From: Callorhinchus milii
Lineage: Eukaryota
Length of the DNA stretch: 64,000 bases
Assembly: GCF_018977255.1 (NCBI RefSeq)
Contig: NW_024704743.1
Span: 30,692,001-30,756,000, forward strand
Direction of reading: 5' to 3'
This document shows, piece after piece, positions 34,841 through 48,349 of the stretch. Within the stretch, counting starts at the first letter, position 1, and each line of letters starts with the position of its first letter. The position numbers were made by a program, and so were the translations under genes. The notes under the pieces are model-generated. The model worked only from the letters and a program-made list of their open reading frames with translations. It was not told the origin of the DNA and did no database searches.

Positions 34841-36904
34841 AAACAGTTTTTAAAAGCTGTGAGGTGAAATTGTCAATGTTTCATAACAGGTTCCTTTGCG
34901 AAAATTATCACAAGAAACAAGTTATGAAATGTCCTTTTATATCAAGCAGCAGCAATATAAAGTGCATGTTTTTTCAGCTGATCATAGACCACTCAGTCAC
35001 TCAAATTATCCCTCCACTGAAGGGGCAACTATCATGGAAAGTTAGGGGAGGTGGCAATACTTATAAATTGCAGCCTCAAAAATTACTAAAAAGATTATTT
35101 TAAAAATGTTTTCATCATTTGAAATACGATTTTGCAGTAAGCAACCTAACACAATTGGATTGTAAAGCAAAGCTGCTTTAAATCCCAAGTTACATAAGCA
35201 TGTGATGTCTGTAGCATTAAAGATGGATTGGATTGGACTGGACTAGACCGATAAGAGGCTGCACACATCAGAGGACATTAACAATAATAATAATTCTTGC
35301 ATTTGATATAGTGCCGAATCACGTCTTTGAGACGTCTCAAAGCGCTTCACAGAACACACTGTAAAGTGAATTGACTATATTTTGTGGCTGAAACGTGGCA
35401 GAGAGAATGCAAAGTAGTCCAAATTGCTTCAGTAAATTCTTGTTTTTCAAAAAAAGAATCAGAGGCCCCAAAGCTTTCACTGCTTTCACCTTAAGACAAT
35501 TGCCTAAAAATGTAAAACATGCAGAATTTTGGAAAATTCTTGAATCAATTCTTCTAGAATCCAACTTTAATTAGGGTCTCTGTGGGGCTGAGCTGGCACC
35601 AAGGTGAGGTGCCTGATGGTACCATCCTCTGTGGTGGTCTCAATAGTCTGGTTCCTTAGCCAGGCAGGTCCGCAAAACTCCCAAGGTAATGTTTATTTTC
35701 TGGCTCAGCACAAAGCTGCTGTGCTGTAAAGCACTCTGTGACATTACCTGCGTGAAGTGCACTATATAAATGCAAGTCGTTTTTATTGTGTAATGACAAT
35801 GCCAGCAACAAAACAAATCCTCTAGATTACAGCCAGTCTTGTAAAAGGGAGTTCTATCTGAAAACCCCAAGGTTCTTATTGTTAACATTTGTCAGCGTTT
35901 CCTGATGGGATAAGGATGTGTATAAATTCCCTACACTGTAATGCCAGTTGGAAGGGGATATGTACAGTTTCCTATAATAATTCTAGAGGAAAGGTCAGGT
36001 TTCTTCTTGATCAAATAGGAAGATCTGTAACTCTGTGGTTCCAATGACACTTTACACTGGATTCTCCAGATGGTGAGAGAGGTGAATGTATCATAATTTC
36101 TTAATGTTAAAAGGAGGCTAAACCCCACATTTGTGCACTGGCTTCAGCATTCCGATTTCAAACTCTTGACTCTTAGAAGTTCCAACTCAAATATTCAAAT
36201 AATGCAATTCCCGACACACTGAAGTGATAAACCATTGAATGCAGAAATAAATCAAAGTATCAGATTAGCTAGACTTCACTTCATGCAGGCATGCTCCTTC
36301 CCCAAGGAGGTGTCAAGAGTTTGTTACCAAATCCATGTCATGACAATTAGGCAGCAGATTGAAACTTGGTTTCCTTCTGTAGCTCCGAACTACAATTTAA
36401 ACAGCTAGAATCTATGTTTCACGTTTAGAAAAACAAGCATAACAGAAGACAGACATAAACAGGAAGTTGCAAATTAAACCACAGATTTTACTTAAAGGAA
36501 ATGCAATCAACAGAAATGCAAATGTAAATACGTGACAGCATATCCTGTATAGAGACATAAAAATACTTGTGACCAGGGCTTTAATCTCATTCAGCCTAAA
36601 TTTCAGTACAATATGAGCTAGAAGTATCTTATCTGCAGGCAAAGTTCATTGGGTTTTTACCTAAGTGTACAGCTACAATCCTATATTCACAAACCATAAG
36701 TCAAAATTAAAACTAATGCAACAAAGGCAGTTTGAAAACACTGCATTTAAACCCCCATACAAATGAGTTCAGCAAAAGAGCAGGGAATTGGTATCAGAGT
36801 ACATTGTATTGCTTCAGCCAAAACCAGGATAAGGTGGTTAGGTCAAATGTGCTGTAATTCTTAAAATTCATAGCCTTTAACAAGATCTTGACACCCATAA
36901 TGAT

Positions 36905-37075
36905 CAGTTACGGCTGTTTGTGAGATATCGCTGTGCCACATTGGCTGCTGCATTCACCTACACAATACACAGTAACAACACTTTTAGGTAAGTCCTGTGA
37001 AGCGCTTTTGAGCTCCTCAATTACTTAATTAATGCATTATATCAAATACAAGTGTTAACTATTATTAATAATAAT
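36905..37075 (+). mobile_element. DeuSINE 3' part
   Basis: GGCTGTTTGTGAGATATCGCTGTG..TGTGAAGCGCTTT. Confidence 0.8.
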
Positions 37076-37290
37076 CAGGGTAACAGAAATCTGGAACTCT
37101 CTCCGACAAAAGCTTTGAATGCTGGATCCATTCAAATTTTCAAGACGAGGTGGAAAGATTTTTGTTAGGTAAGGGTATCGAGGGATATAGGGCAAAGTCG
37201 GGTAATTGGAGCTGAGGTACAGATCAGCTACCTAACAGAATAGCAGAACAGGCTCAAGGGGTTGAATGGCTTACTCCTGTTCCTTTGTCT
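37076..37290 (+). mobile_element. CR1 3' end and UTR
   Basis: ATCTGGAACTCTCTCC..TTCAAGACGAGGTGGAAAGATTTTTG..AGGCTCAAGGGGTTGAATGGCTTACTCCTGTTCC. Confidence 0.85.
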
Positions 37291-38639
37291 AATAGTGAAA
37301 ATTGTCCTCAGTGCTAAGCCATCTTTGGCTTTAAAAAAACAAACTCCAACAGACTAACTGAATGCCATTTTAGTCTTTTGTAGAGAAAAAAANCAGCTAC
37401 TGGATTTGTCAGACTCCTATTGAGAAAAGCCTTAAGCCAGATTTGCTTTACATGCAATCCTAAAAGAGTGGAAATCATCACAACAAACCATAGTTGGTCA
37501 CAATAAAATCTCAAGGGTTTCACTGCATTAGGAGCTGGCCAATGGAGCATTGATAACAGAAAGTATGAGGAAGCAATGTCCTCAAGTTTGCTTACAATAA
37601 ACAGTCAATTTCACTTGAAATTGGGTTTCTTGACAACAACCCAAAAACGGATTCAAAGACTATCTGATCTAAAGGAGGCGCTAAATTACCTGCTGCTTCA
37701 GTTATGAATCTAATCTGAAAGTGGAGGCACACTTTGTTAAAAGGATTACAATTCTCAAGAGGAACTGCTTCCTTCATCTGAACTGAAATGTTACATAAAG
37801 TTTAATTATAAGAAGTTCAGTCAGTGCAAAGGCAGAGATTAAACGTCTTGTAACAGGAGGACTGGTCTCCATTGAACGCTGATGTACATTTCAGTGTCCT
37901 TAACTGCCTCAATGCTGAAACATTACAGAACTAATTTCTGTACATGAGAGTAGTTTTACAGTATCTTTTAAAAATCGCCCATTCTGACATGGTAAGTGAA
38001 TTGCAACAGTGCTTTAAGTTTCACAATACAGCTGAGTGCACCATTGAAGCCGTAAGCAATTCACCGATAAAAGTGAATTGCTGTCAAATATCAATTTGCT
38101 TCTGTACCATTCTTTAGTGTGGATGAAGCAATTTGACGTTGATTTTATAATAGACAACTTCCTTATTGCACCCAATCCGATGCGAGGACCTCATCCCTCA
38201 GTTGTATTTTGAGAATTAAATTGTGCCAGGAAAGCCTTTTATCATTCATTGGAAAGGAATTATCTATTTAACCAGGTTTCCTATTAGATGACAGTATCAG
38301 TTTGTAAGCACGAACTAAGGGGATTTAGTCTTGCAGGCAAATAGTTAAATGATTAAGTGTATGAATCTCAACCAGAAGGTCAGAGCAGGGCTGTTGTGAT
38401 TAGATATCATCTCTCTCAATGGGTGATCAGGGGCAGCTTTCAGACTGGCTACCAAATGAAGCATATGGTGGGAAGGAGCATTTGCAGGATGGGAAGAGAA
38501 ATAATAATGGTAAGCAATTAACATCCAACTAGCTGATCACAGAATGGTATTGGCATATGCGCAGATATTCATTACCTGGAAAGCCCAGTGCTTTGAGGCT
38601 GTATATGAAATTGGCAAGTCTTGAATTCAGCGACACCTG

Positions 38640-38920
38640 GCACGTATTGGGTCGAATATGTCCTTCGGATGAGATGCTAAATGAAGAGCTTATCCGTCTG
38701 TTTATGTGAATGCTACCTAGTCCATGGCACTATTTGAAAAGAGAGGAGTTTCTGGCAATGTCCTAACCAAAAATCCGATAGAGGTAAAAAAAAAGATCAC
38801 TTCAAGGTTGTTTTAGGGGACATTGCTGCGAGAAAACTGGCCACATTTTCCTCCAAATACACAGACACTACAATTTATAGAAAATTCTGTTAAGCACTTT
38901 GAAACTGACGAACGGCACAA
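38640..38920 (+). mobile_element. DeuSINE
   Basis: TTCGGATGAGATGCTAAA..CCATGGCACTATTTGAAAAGAG. Confidence 0.75.
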
Positions 38921-39169
38921 TACACCGTGTCCAATAAGCTGGGGTGTGGGTGTAGGGAGTCACTGTATAGGCATATTTGAAATGAAATGTTTACGAACAC
39001 AAGCCTAAAACATGCTTTACATCAGACAGGTGAAACATCACTTTATACGAGTTGGGGGTGGGGGGGCTTGCTCAACATTGCTTTATAAAGGATCACACAG
39101 ATTCTCCCTGGCAGAGCTATGGACACACTGTACAGCCTTTGAAGCTTCAGTGACCTTTGTGTCAACAAC

Positions 39170-39337
39170 CCCCCAAATAAGATTGGTCATTCACTCCGTA
39201 GCTGTTTGTGGGACATTGCTGGGTGCAAATTGGTTGCCACATTTGCCCACAAAAGTACACACAGTTTTACATAAAATCCTATGAAGCACAATTCAACAAC
39301 TTGATAAGGCATGACATCAAATGCTAGAATTATTATT
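39170..39337 (+). mobile_element. DeuSINE 3' part
   Basis: GCTGTTTGTGGGACATTGCTG..CAAATTGGTTGCC. Confidence 0.8.
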
Positions 39338-39535
39338 CTACCTGGGTCCAAGATTTTAGAACACCCAGAATTTGGCAAATTATTCGTCTTAATTTGGAAG
39401 CCAGTTTCTGTAAGTTAATTTTAAGAATACTGGAAAAGGGTTTCAAAGTTAAAAGACTGAATTCAACAATTTGCCAAATTCTGCACAATGCAAAATTCTA
39501 AAAAAAAGAATAAATCCAGACCCAGATGAATTTCT
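39338..39535. mobile_element. MITE-like palindromic element, copy 2
   Basis: CAGAATTTGGCAAATT / AATTTGCCAAATTCTG arms; CTGGGTC..GACCCAG termini. Confidence 0.75.
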
Positions 39536-40504
39536 GCCCCCATGTATGTGCAAATCCACACACTCTCAACAACAGAATTTGTATTTCACGTCGAGAGGAC
39601 ATCCCAAGTCGTTCACTAATAGATTCCTGAAGCATCATAAATAGCAATTCGCAAGCTAATTCACTCAACCATGGCTAAAACATGATCCTGCTCAGAAACA
39701 AATGGATTGGGGAGGGGGTACAGATTGCAAAGGCAAATGATACGGTGGTTGGGTAAAACGGTTAATCGTAAAAAGTGCTCAGCACAAGCACATCTGTTTT
39801 CAGACCAACATTTAACCCACATACATGTTCTGCAGCTGCAAAGTCTAGTCTCACATTTTGTTGCCAAACAACTTCAGCAAAAAAAAATCCATGTCTCTTT
39901 TTGTAATTTTCGATTGTACATTTTATGTTAACACAAGCTTGCTTTATCATGCAACTGGGATATGGACTCTAACATTTACTTACCAAATGCATTTTTGGAA
40001 GGACATCACAAAGCACTTCACCCCGCTGGCTAGAAGTTGGGGCTGAGGAGGATGGGAAGGGGAAATACGTATGTCTTGGCACAGGCTTTTAACATTTGAA
40101 TAGCTGATATCCTAGAGCCAGGGAGTAATGTCATCAGGGTTCAGTTGATGATAAAGGAGAAATTCAAGATTTCCTCTTTTCGCTGCGTTATGCCCACAAA
40201 ATATTGTCAATTCATTTTACAGTATATTCTGTGAAGCTCTTCTTGAAAATGTGATAAGGAGCTATATCAAATGCAAGGATTACTATTATTATTATTTTCT
40301 ATGACATTTTCTAAACGGTTGGGTCATATCATTACAGTGTAATTCCTTCTTACCACACTCTGTATACTCAATCTCATTCCATCACTTAATTTACTGCTTT
40401 GTTTGCATTCGAGTCCCAGGTATCTATTAATTAATACATATAACCATCTGAACTATACAATAGGATTTCTGATTTCTAATCATTCCCAGGTAGCCACTAT
40501 TGTT

Positions 40505-40825
40505 GCTATAATAATAATAATAACAAATAATAATATAAATAATATAAACCATAATAATAACAATAAATAATAATAATCTTTACATTTGCTATGGCGCCTT
40601 ATCACTTTGTCGAGATACTTGAAAGCGCTTCACAGAATATACTATAATACTGTAGTTTGACTGTGTATTTTGTGAGTGAAACACAATAGCCAGTTTGTGC
40701 ACAGCAATGTACCTCATTTTATTTGAAGGATTGTTGGCCAGGACCTCTGGCCGTTCAGGTGGAATTTAGAGACCCATGGAGAGGAATTCCCCTTTTCTTT
40801 TTGAATCTTTAAATTTCACCTGAAC
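40505..40825 (-). mobile_element. DeuSINE with expanded (AAT)n tail
   Basis: AAAGCGCTTCACAGAATATAC..CACAGCAATG..TTGTTGGCCAGGAC. Confidence 0.8.
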
Positions 40826-41384
40826 AAGAACGAGATGAACTTCCATTCATATAGCACCCTTCACGCAGCATAATGCCTCAGAGCACTGAGATAACGATTT
40901 GGAGCACGCTTAACAAGTTTTGAAACAACATCCTGGCTGTACTGAAATGCTGACTGGAGCCTCCCAATATGACATCTTGTGGGTCTGTCACATCATGCAT
41001 AAACATGGCCTGTGATGTGTTAGCACATAGTTGAAAACATGGCCAACATGGTCAGTGGATTGACTCGCTTGTGGCTCTGAATCTCCACCCTCCCACCCAT
41101 ATGCAGACAATAGATATACTGAAATTCCCTGATGGTATATTTAACATCCCCTTTGGCAGGCAGATAAGACCTCTGTTTAACATCACATACAAAAGGGAAC
41201 ATCTGTGACGATGCAGTGCACCTTAAGCACTGTATTGGAATGTCAACCACAACATGCTATGATCATGAAGCCCAATCCAAAATCACCTCATATATCACTT
41301 CCCTCCACACAAATAAAATCAGAATATTCATCACTACCTTTGAATGACCAGATCAATAAGAAGCTCGTAAAATGTCAGCTCAAT

Positions 41385-41570
41385 TATCCTGGCCAACAAA
41401 TCCCCCAAATAAAAAGGAAGCCATTCACTTCATGGCTGTTTGTGGGATATTGCTGGCATGTTGACCCATAGTCACTGCACTTTATAGTATATCCTGTGAA
41501 GCGCTTTGAGATGCTCTTCCAATGTGAAAGGTACTATACCAAATGTAACGATTATGTTTATTATTATTAT
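41385..41570 (+). mobile_element. DeuSINE 3' part
   Basis: CATTCACTTCATGGCTGTTTGTGGGA..TGTGAAGCGCTTTGAGA. Confidence 0.8.
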
Positions 41571-42499
41571 TAATGCCAGAGCCAATGCATACAACAAATA
41601 AGTTGACCGAGTTTAACAAAGTACTTACTCTGCATCGTGTGTGCACAGAAACAGATTTGCTGTTTTATATGTTTCAAAAGAGTTTGCTTCTGACCTGCTC
41701 CATAACTCTCTTTCAAATAAAAAAGCATCAGTAATGCAGGGATCAGAATGAGGAAATGTGAAAGGTACAGTGCAGCTTGCCCTAGTTACACTGAATGCTT
41801 CCTGGAGTGCAGCACCCCACTGAATTTGTGTGGTTGTCCATATGCATACACAGTGTGTGTCAACACTGATAACAGAAAAGTGCAACTCAAAGCAAGAATA
41901 CAATATACAGTCGGCAGAAGACAGGAGATGCGGTGCACAGTATGAATTTATGCAGGAGATTGATCAGGCCAAATTAGTGTTGGGTAAACAATTGAAGAGA
42001 AAGAATGCAAAGGCTGCGGGATGTGGGAAAGAACAGGGAATTGGGATGAAAGTAGCCTGTTTTAATGGCGTTACTTGATTCACATTAGGCTCAATGGTTT
42101 AAATAGATTCGCTGAATGGCACAATAGGAGCACAATATGAATTTATACATGCTCTAATTGGTGTATTGATGTCACAAAATTATTCCTTAAAACGGGTCTA
42201 GTTCAGCAAACAAAATTTCAGTGTCTCTTGCTACAACTAGCTTCTGAGCCAATCTGACTACTGCACCAACAATAACCAAGTCATCAGCACTTTTGTCTCT
42301 AACTTTAGTTGCATTCAACATGGCTGAATTCTCCCTTTTCCTGGATTTTAATCTGGGTCAGGAAAATTAATTACTGTTGTCCGCAGAGAACAATGGTTCA
42401 AAGAAGAAGGTATGTCCAATGAATGTGAAGTCTATCGCTGCATTCAACCCCCACCCGCCACAAATAACTAGTGTAAACAAAAACGTTGCCTCCAATTGC

Positions 42500-42880
42500 A
42501 GTTACTACACTTGGTAGCAATTACTTGTAAAGTTCGAGATTGTCAAACTTTTCAAATAACTGTTTCAACACTACATCGAACAGAAGGACTCTTGTTATTA
42601 GGAGTGAATTATAACGGTTCCTCCATGGAGCCCTGTTGTTCAAAAACAAAAAGTGGAGTGGATAGCAGCCAAGGGGATACCCCTTGGACTGTATCCACGG
42701 TCTACAATTCGTGCCTGCATTTGGCATTTTCTCAGATCCAACGTGAGCCATTCACTCAATCTCTGCCAACATTTCTGTTATTTTTTGGGAAACCTTCAGC
42801 AGAGTTTGAGCTGGCCAGAAAGCGACATGGGATTCATCCAGGAATATGTACTTAACAGTCGCAGTGTTTACCCTCAGAGA
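42500..42880 (-). mobile_element. Decayed CR1 ORF2 3' region
   Basis: LLKVSQKITEML (like LEKVQRRATKMI) followed by ITRV..LKQLFE..DNLELYK (like TQRVV..LP..VEA..LETFK). Confidence 0.5.
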
Positions 42881-43144
42881 TAAGTCTGTGTTAAATACGA
42901 TGTGCAACAAATGGTTTATCCTCCTACCTCTCCCATTCTTTGTTTGAATCTCACCTTCCATCATAATAATATTAATAATCCTTGCATTTAACATGACACT
43001 TTTCAGGTTGACAAGAGTCTCAAAGCACTTCGCAGGATGTACTGTGAGGTTGATTGACTGTATTTTGTCATACCTGGTCCATACTTCACATTACACAATA
43101 CAAAGTATTTTACAAACGCAAGGATTATTATTATTATTATTATA

Positions 43145-43375
43145 GAGCTTCCATCTAAGTCAAGACCGACTGTTTATTTAGTAATTTATAGCATTCAAAA
43201 TTTGGCAAATAGTTGAATCCAGTTTCAACTTTGATGCTTTTTATTTTGCAATTGTTAAAAAAATTTACAGAAAACCATCTTCAAAATTAACTCTGTATTT
43301 AAGAATTTACCAAATTCTGGATGCTCTGAAATGCTACATGAATCGAGTTAAATATAACCCAGGTGTAACTCTCCC
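43145..43375. mobile_element. MITE-like palindromic element, copy 3
   Basis: AAATTTGGCAAAT / ATTTACCAAATTCTGGATGCTCTGAAATGCTA; end CCCAGGTGTAAC is the reverse of the copy-1 start TTACACCTGGG. Confidence 0.75.
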
Positions 43376-43664
43376 CTAGAAGAACAGGCCATATTGTGTG
43401 TTTAGAGCTTGGAAGCCACAAGAGAGGAAAATTCAAATGAGCAACAAGACCTCAGTCACTGCTGCATTGGATCAATCCACCAAGAGTTATAGAAGAAATG
43501 CACAAGGGACCTTCTCTACTCAGTCTCCCTCCACTGCCATGACTGGCACCACAAACTGCACACTTGAACAATCAAGTGCATAGACATGCATCCCATTACT
43601 TTGGAGGGCAGTGCACCACCCAAGCACATTTGTTGCCATTATTCAAGTGTCATTTACAATTGGG

Positions 43665-43875
43665 CATCATTCAGTGGGTAAGGCAAAAGTGAATTGAAGC
43701 AACATCAATGCATTTAAGAGGAACTTGATGCAAACATGAGGTAGAAACAAATAGAGGTGTACAGAAAAGGAGATAGGAGTGGTGAAGGCATGTGTGGAAC
43801 ATAAACACCGGTTTAGACTAGTTGGGCTGAATAGCCCAATGGTTTTCGTGCTGTAACGTTCTATGTAATTCTATA
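43665..43875 (+). mobile_element. CR1 3' end and UTR
   Basis: ATCAATGCATTTAAGAGGAA..GACTAGTTGGGCTGAATAGCC..TTCTATGTAATTCTAT. Confidence 0.85.
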
Positions 43876-44411
43876 TAAACGCTAATTGGAGAAGAGATTG
43901 CCTTTGCTAGTTACAGAACAACATTTCAATAAATCAAGATTACTTCATGGAGGTCTGTGTGAAAAGAGGTTTGCTTCCAATGTCGCCAGCCTCGTGAATG
44001 GAAATAATTATATCACACAGATTCAAGGAAGCATTCTGGAAATGTCACTAGTGTTATGGCTTTCATTAAATACTCAGACAAAGAAATTGAATGTTACTAA
44101 GCAGGGCAAGGAGGGAGCACTTGCTGAGCTGTCACTACTTCACAAATGTTGAAATATCAGTTGCAGCAGTTCTGGGACCACACAAGCATTTGCACCACCC
44201 AGCAGCAGTAAGCTCCCAATGGTAACAGCTTCCATCAAACTATTCTCAAGGTGAGCTGGGCTCTCCACCATATCGTAGATTCTTTTCATGGTTTAAAAAG
44301 CCCCCAAAGTATTTCCACTGAAACACATGCTCACCTTGAAAGATTAATGACGACAATGTTCTTACATTTTTTTTTCACGATCCTCCTAAGTTAAAATACC
44401 ATTCCTTGATA

Positions 44412-44840
44412 AACAACAACTTGCATTTTTACAGCGCTTCTCACGGAGGGTAGCGTCTCAAGAGCACCTGACAGTGGAGGAGCACGATGCCGAGCCAGGG
44501 GGAGGGGAGGTGACTGTAGGCACAATCGAAGAGGAAGGTCTTCAGGTGCAACCTGATGATGGGGAAGGAGGGAGCAAGGCGGAGGGATAGAGGAAGAGTG
44601 TTCCAGAGTTTTGGGACACAGTGGCTAAAAGTGCTGCCACTGATGACGGCAAAGGATGGCACAAGGGACAAGCTCCAGAGCCAGTCGAGCGGAGGCAACA
44701 AGTAGTGAGTTGGGGGTAAGCAGGTCAGAGAGGTAGGGAGGTGCGAGGGCATGAACGGATTTGAAACCGCGTGTGAGGATCTTGAAATCGATCCATTCAG
44801 CAATAGGGAGCTAGTGGACAGGACAGTGCAGGCCAGGGAG
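44412..44840 (-). mobile_element. L2 family B 3' fragment
   Basis: ORF 44441..44803 contains PKLWNTLPLSLR..LKTFLF. Confidence 0.9.
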
Positions 44841-45691
44841 GAGAGACCCAGGTACCAGGGCTGTCATTTCTTGTAAAAAGGAGTCATTGAAGACCAAAGT
44901 GCTCTTCTCTGGGGTGACTCTGGCTGTTCTGTTCCTGTGGAGACCTCCCTCGTTTCTGCCGACTGTGTCCCACTGTGTGTCCAACCTAGATTAAGAACTT
45001 ATTCTGATCTGACCGCCCTTGGCACAAAGGTTTGGCCAAATAATACAGCTCCATTTGCTTTTAACACCCAGCAGCTTAAGGTAGGACTGACTATTTGAAA
45101 ACCTGTCACAGTGCTGATTATTTAGTCAATATCCATAGTCACACAGCTAACATTTGGCTATCACAACCTGAAAATAGGGAAGGAGGGGACAAGCCAGAAA
45201 CTCTGAACCCTGTTCCAGAGTTTCAAGGCATAATGGCTGAAAGCACTACACAAAGCAAGAGAAGAACAAAAGTCTGGGAAATAGCTTTTTGGACTGAATG
45301 ATTTTAGTCCATTCTCTTTTTGCAAACAACATCGTCTTCGGGGAATGAGAGAACAACAACTGTTGTTAAGTACTGCAGCTCTTCGAACCCACAATCTGCC
45401 TCTAATTTATTCTGCAGCTTTGGTGATTCCATCAATTTCCCAACTGCTTTATTTAAGTTATTTTATTCACGTTTTGTCACTGCAAGTCTGCTCAAGTCTG
45501 TTGATTCTCTTCACACTACATTGAAAAGAGAAGGGAGCTTCTCCCAGTGTCCTAGCCAACGAAGCTCCAGATAAGTTGGTTGTTTAGTTTATTCCTGTTC
45601 ATGGGTCCATGCTGAGTACAAATTCGCTGTCACACTTACCTACACAAACATTCGTTACTCTTGACAATAATTACTGTCACACGATTTTCTG

Positions 45692-45736
45692 CACTCTATC
45701 TTAATAAGTCTGTTCACTCTATCTTAATAAGTCTGT
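45692..45736. repeat. Tandem duplication, 23-bp period
   Basis: CACTCTATCTTAATAAGTCTGT twice. Confidence 0.95.
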
Positions 45737-45985
45737 GTATTTTTACATTCCTTACCTCTCCTACACCATTTAGTTTCCACCATGTGAATTTCACAAATTG
45801 GGAATTGAACTAACCATTGCAGGGGTCAACCAGGCTGCGTAATTACACATTTATGGAGCTCCGACTGAATATCATTTGATATCTGTATAATTCACGATTT
45901 TAAATAAAATCATCTCTGGTTAGTTACTTTCACAATTTGTGGACTTGCAGTCATAGAAGCATTTGAAGCAGCCAGGAAACACCAA

Positions 45986-46114
45986 GCAGAGAAATCACTG
46001 CCACAATCCTCCTCCCAGCAGAGAATCACCATCGGAAAAAAGTCCTCCCAGCACAGAACCAGTGTCACAATTACCTTCCCAGTAGCAGGAAATCAGTAGC
46101 ACACATCTCTTCCT
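45986..46114. repeat. Degenerate minisatellite (~32-bp unit, ~4 copies)
   Basis: GCAGAGAA(A)TCA...TCCTCCCA recurs. Confidence 0.7.
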
Positions 46115-47599
46115 AGTGACCTGTTGAAGTCAAAAAGCCCTGGGAACTTCCTCCGTCTCACTTTCTGACCCAGGAAACAATGCCAGACATGAAAGGCCCA
46201 GAACACAGAGCAAATGGGTTTAAAATTGAGGGGAGGGGTTTAAAATAATATTAAAACCACCTTTGGTTAAACGAAAGAAGGACTTTCCCATCACAGGCAG
46301 AGCCATAATTAGAAGCTGAGAGCCTGAAGCTTAGGGATTTCCATTTCCACACCCACTGCCCCGGTATAAGTCACGGTCAGTGGCTGAGGCTGTTTCGTCC
46401 AGAGTTTTCATGCCAGGACTGTATAAATTGAATGCGCAGTGTTTAAAATTGTTTCTCTCGCAAAGTGTCTGGACGTTCTACAATAAATAGCGCTCACAAC
46501 AAAAGCTTGCATCTCAATATTACACAGTACCCATACTTCACAATAGCCTGTGGCACATTTCACATGCAAGGAAAACATGGAAAGCATCATTTTAATTGAA
46601 TAAAATCACAACCAAGTTGTTTAGTAAATGATTGAGTTTAATTGTGAATTTTGAAATCTCAATAGGACTATTGACTACAAGCTGGGGAACTTTAAATGGG
46701 TAAATTCATCTGGGACTGGAGGAGGGGGTGTGGGGTGGGTGTGGAGAGGAAGCCATTTGACATGCTGTGGATAAAGTTAATTCAAGATATTTTGAGACGC
46801 CTTTGTTTGTATATCTCTTACTTTCCATAAATGTTAAAATGGTTTCTCAAAGGACTCTCATCGGAGTGTTTATGCATTGGCAGGTCTGGGGGGCCCCTTA
46901 GTCTTAAGAAACACAAATCCCCTGCTGATGGAAATTTGTGGGAGAGCCTGTGAAACAGACACCTTGAAATCAAGACTAATCTCAGGCAAATCTTAAGTGT
47001 ACAAAAAGACTGGACTACTGATCACAGATTCAATGTGCCCACCAACGTGGATTGGCTCACTGTGACCACCCCCTGCCTGAGGGTGGTCTGGTTATCCAGA
47101 CTGAATTTCACATCCTATCCCACGCCACAGTTACTGACTCACTGTTGGCCCTATTACAGGAACTGCCCCTGACACTCATCAGTGAGTACAACTAGACAGT
47201 CCCCAAAACAGCCTTTCAATCACAATTTAACAATAGAAACTCCATGCACCGATGCCAAAATTATAAATGTCCCAGTTCTAAATTTTACTCCCTGCCTCTT
47301 TTATGCATTGCGTGTTTTCCAGGGGTTCTCCTTATCTAAAGCTAATCTCTTTCAACATCAATAGAATCAGATAAGCAGGAATGCCTTGGCAGCTTGTGCA
47401 ACCATTCGCAGGTCTTGGGACGTACCCAAACACTGGTTGTGGAATGCTGGTGCCAAGGGCACACCACAGTAGAAGAGGGCACTCTGGTTGTGGAGTGCTT
47501 CCTGACAAATCCTGCTCTCCAAACTCGATGCCAGAAATTCCAGATTGTGCTTATCTGAATATATTTGCGCTGCAAGCCAGAAATGGTAGAATATCACTA

Positions 47600-47805
47600 A
47601 AAGTTCACAGACTGGAGTCTAAACCTGTACTGGTCTCAGCCAGCAACTGCGGTACTGTGATTCTCTGAATGCCACTGGGTTAAGGAGAGGCCTGGGTTCT
47701 ACCTCCTGAGGTGCAACCCAGAAACCCTGGTGGAAGTGCACGTTTGGATGTCGGGAGAGAGAATCGGGTCCTTGTCCCAGGTCAAAATGCCGGGTAACAC
47801 TCACC
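47600..47805 (+). mobile_element. AmnSINE2-like SINE
   Basis: GTCTCAGCCAG..CTCCTGA..CCCTGGTGGAAGTGC..TGGATGTCGGG..ACACTCAC. Confidence 0.55.
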
Positions 47806-48349
47806 TTACACAAGAACAATGCACAATTAGATCAATTCCATCCTTACTGTAACTCAGGTGTATACAGTCCATGGAGTTCATATCTACAGATGGAAAGGTC
47901 AAATCCACAGTGTTCAATCAGGTTACAAATCAGCATTACACATAATTATTGTTCAGTGTGCTCTGATCACCAGAGTGCTGTGTAAAGGCAGATTGCTTGG
48001 CTGGGAGATGAGTGATTAAATAACAAATGCTCTCAGCAGCACAGTCGGCAGCTCAAGAGATTTCAACTCCCTACAGTTAAAACTATTCATAATTTTAAAA
48101 ACGTGTATCCACTGAGCTACCAAGGGGATTTTTTAAAATAAAAAGTAACTAACATAGAAGTTATGTTCTTTCATTGATAATTGAGGGTGTGGTGATTGTC
48201 AGCATTGGTCATGGTGACTGAAAATTCCTTTTAAGACATTCCAATGCAAACCTTGGGCTATCTAGAAATTATCCCCAAATACTTGAGTGGATCGTTTTTG
48301 GAAGAGGCCTGTACGGATACTTTGTTGTACTGAACAGACACAAAAAGTG

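Noticed and set aside
37393..37393. Single N base
   Set aside because: Assembly ambiguity after an A run; not biological
37596..37714. Minus-strand exon candidate IRFITEAAG..SSEIDCLL
   Set aside because: Ends like CR1 FKAEIDRFL; probably a decayed CR1
42496..42994. Cluster of overlapping ORFs
   Set aside because: Exon phases are incompatible; explained as a minus-strand CR1 remnant
45986..46114. CRISPR-like periodic repeat
   Set aside because: Eukaryotic context, degenerate units, no unique spacers, no cas genes
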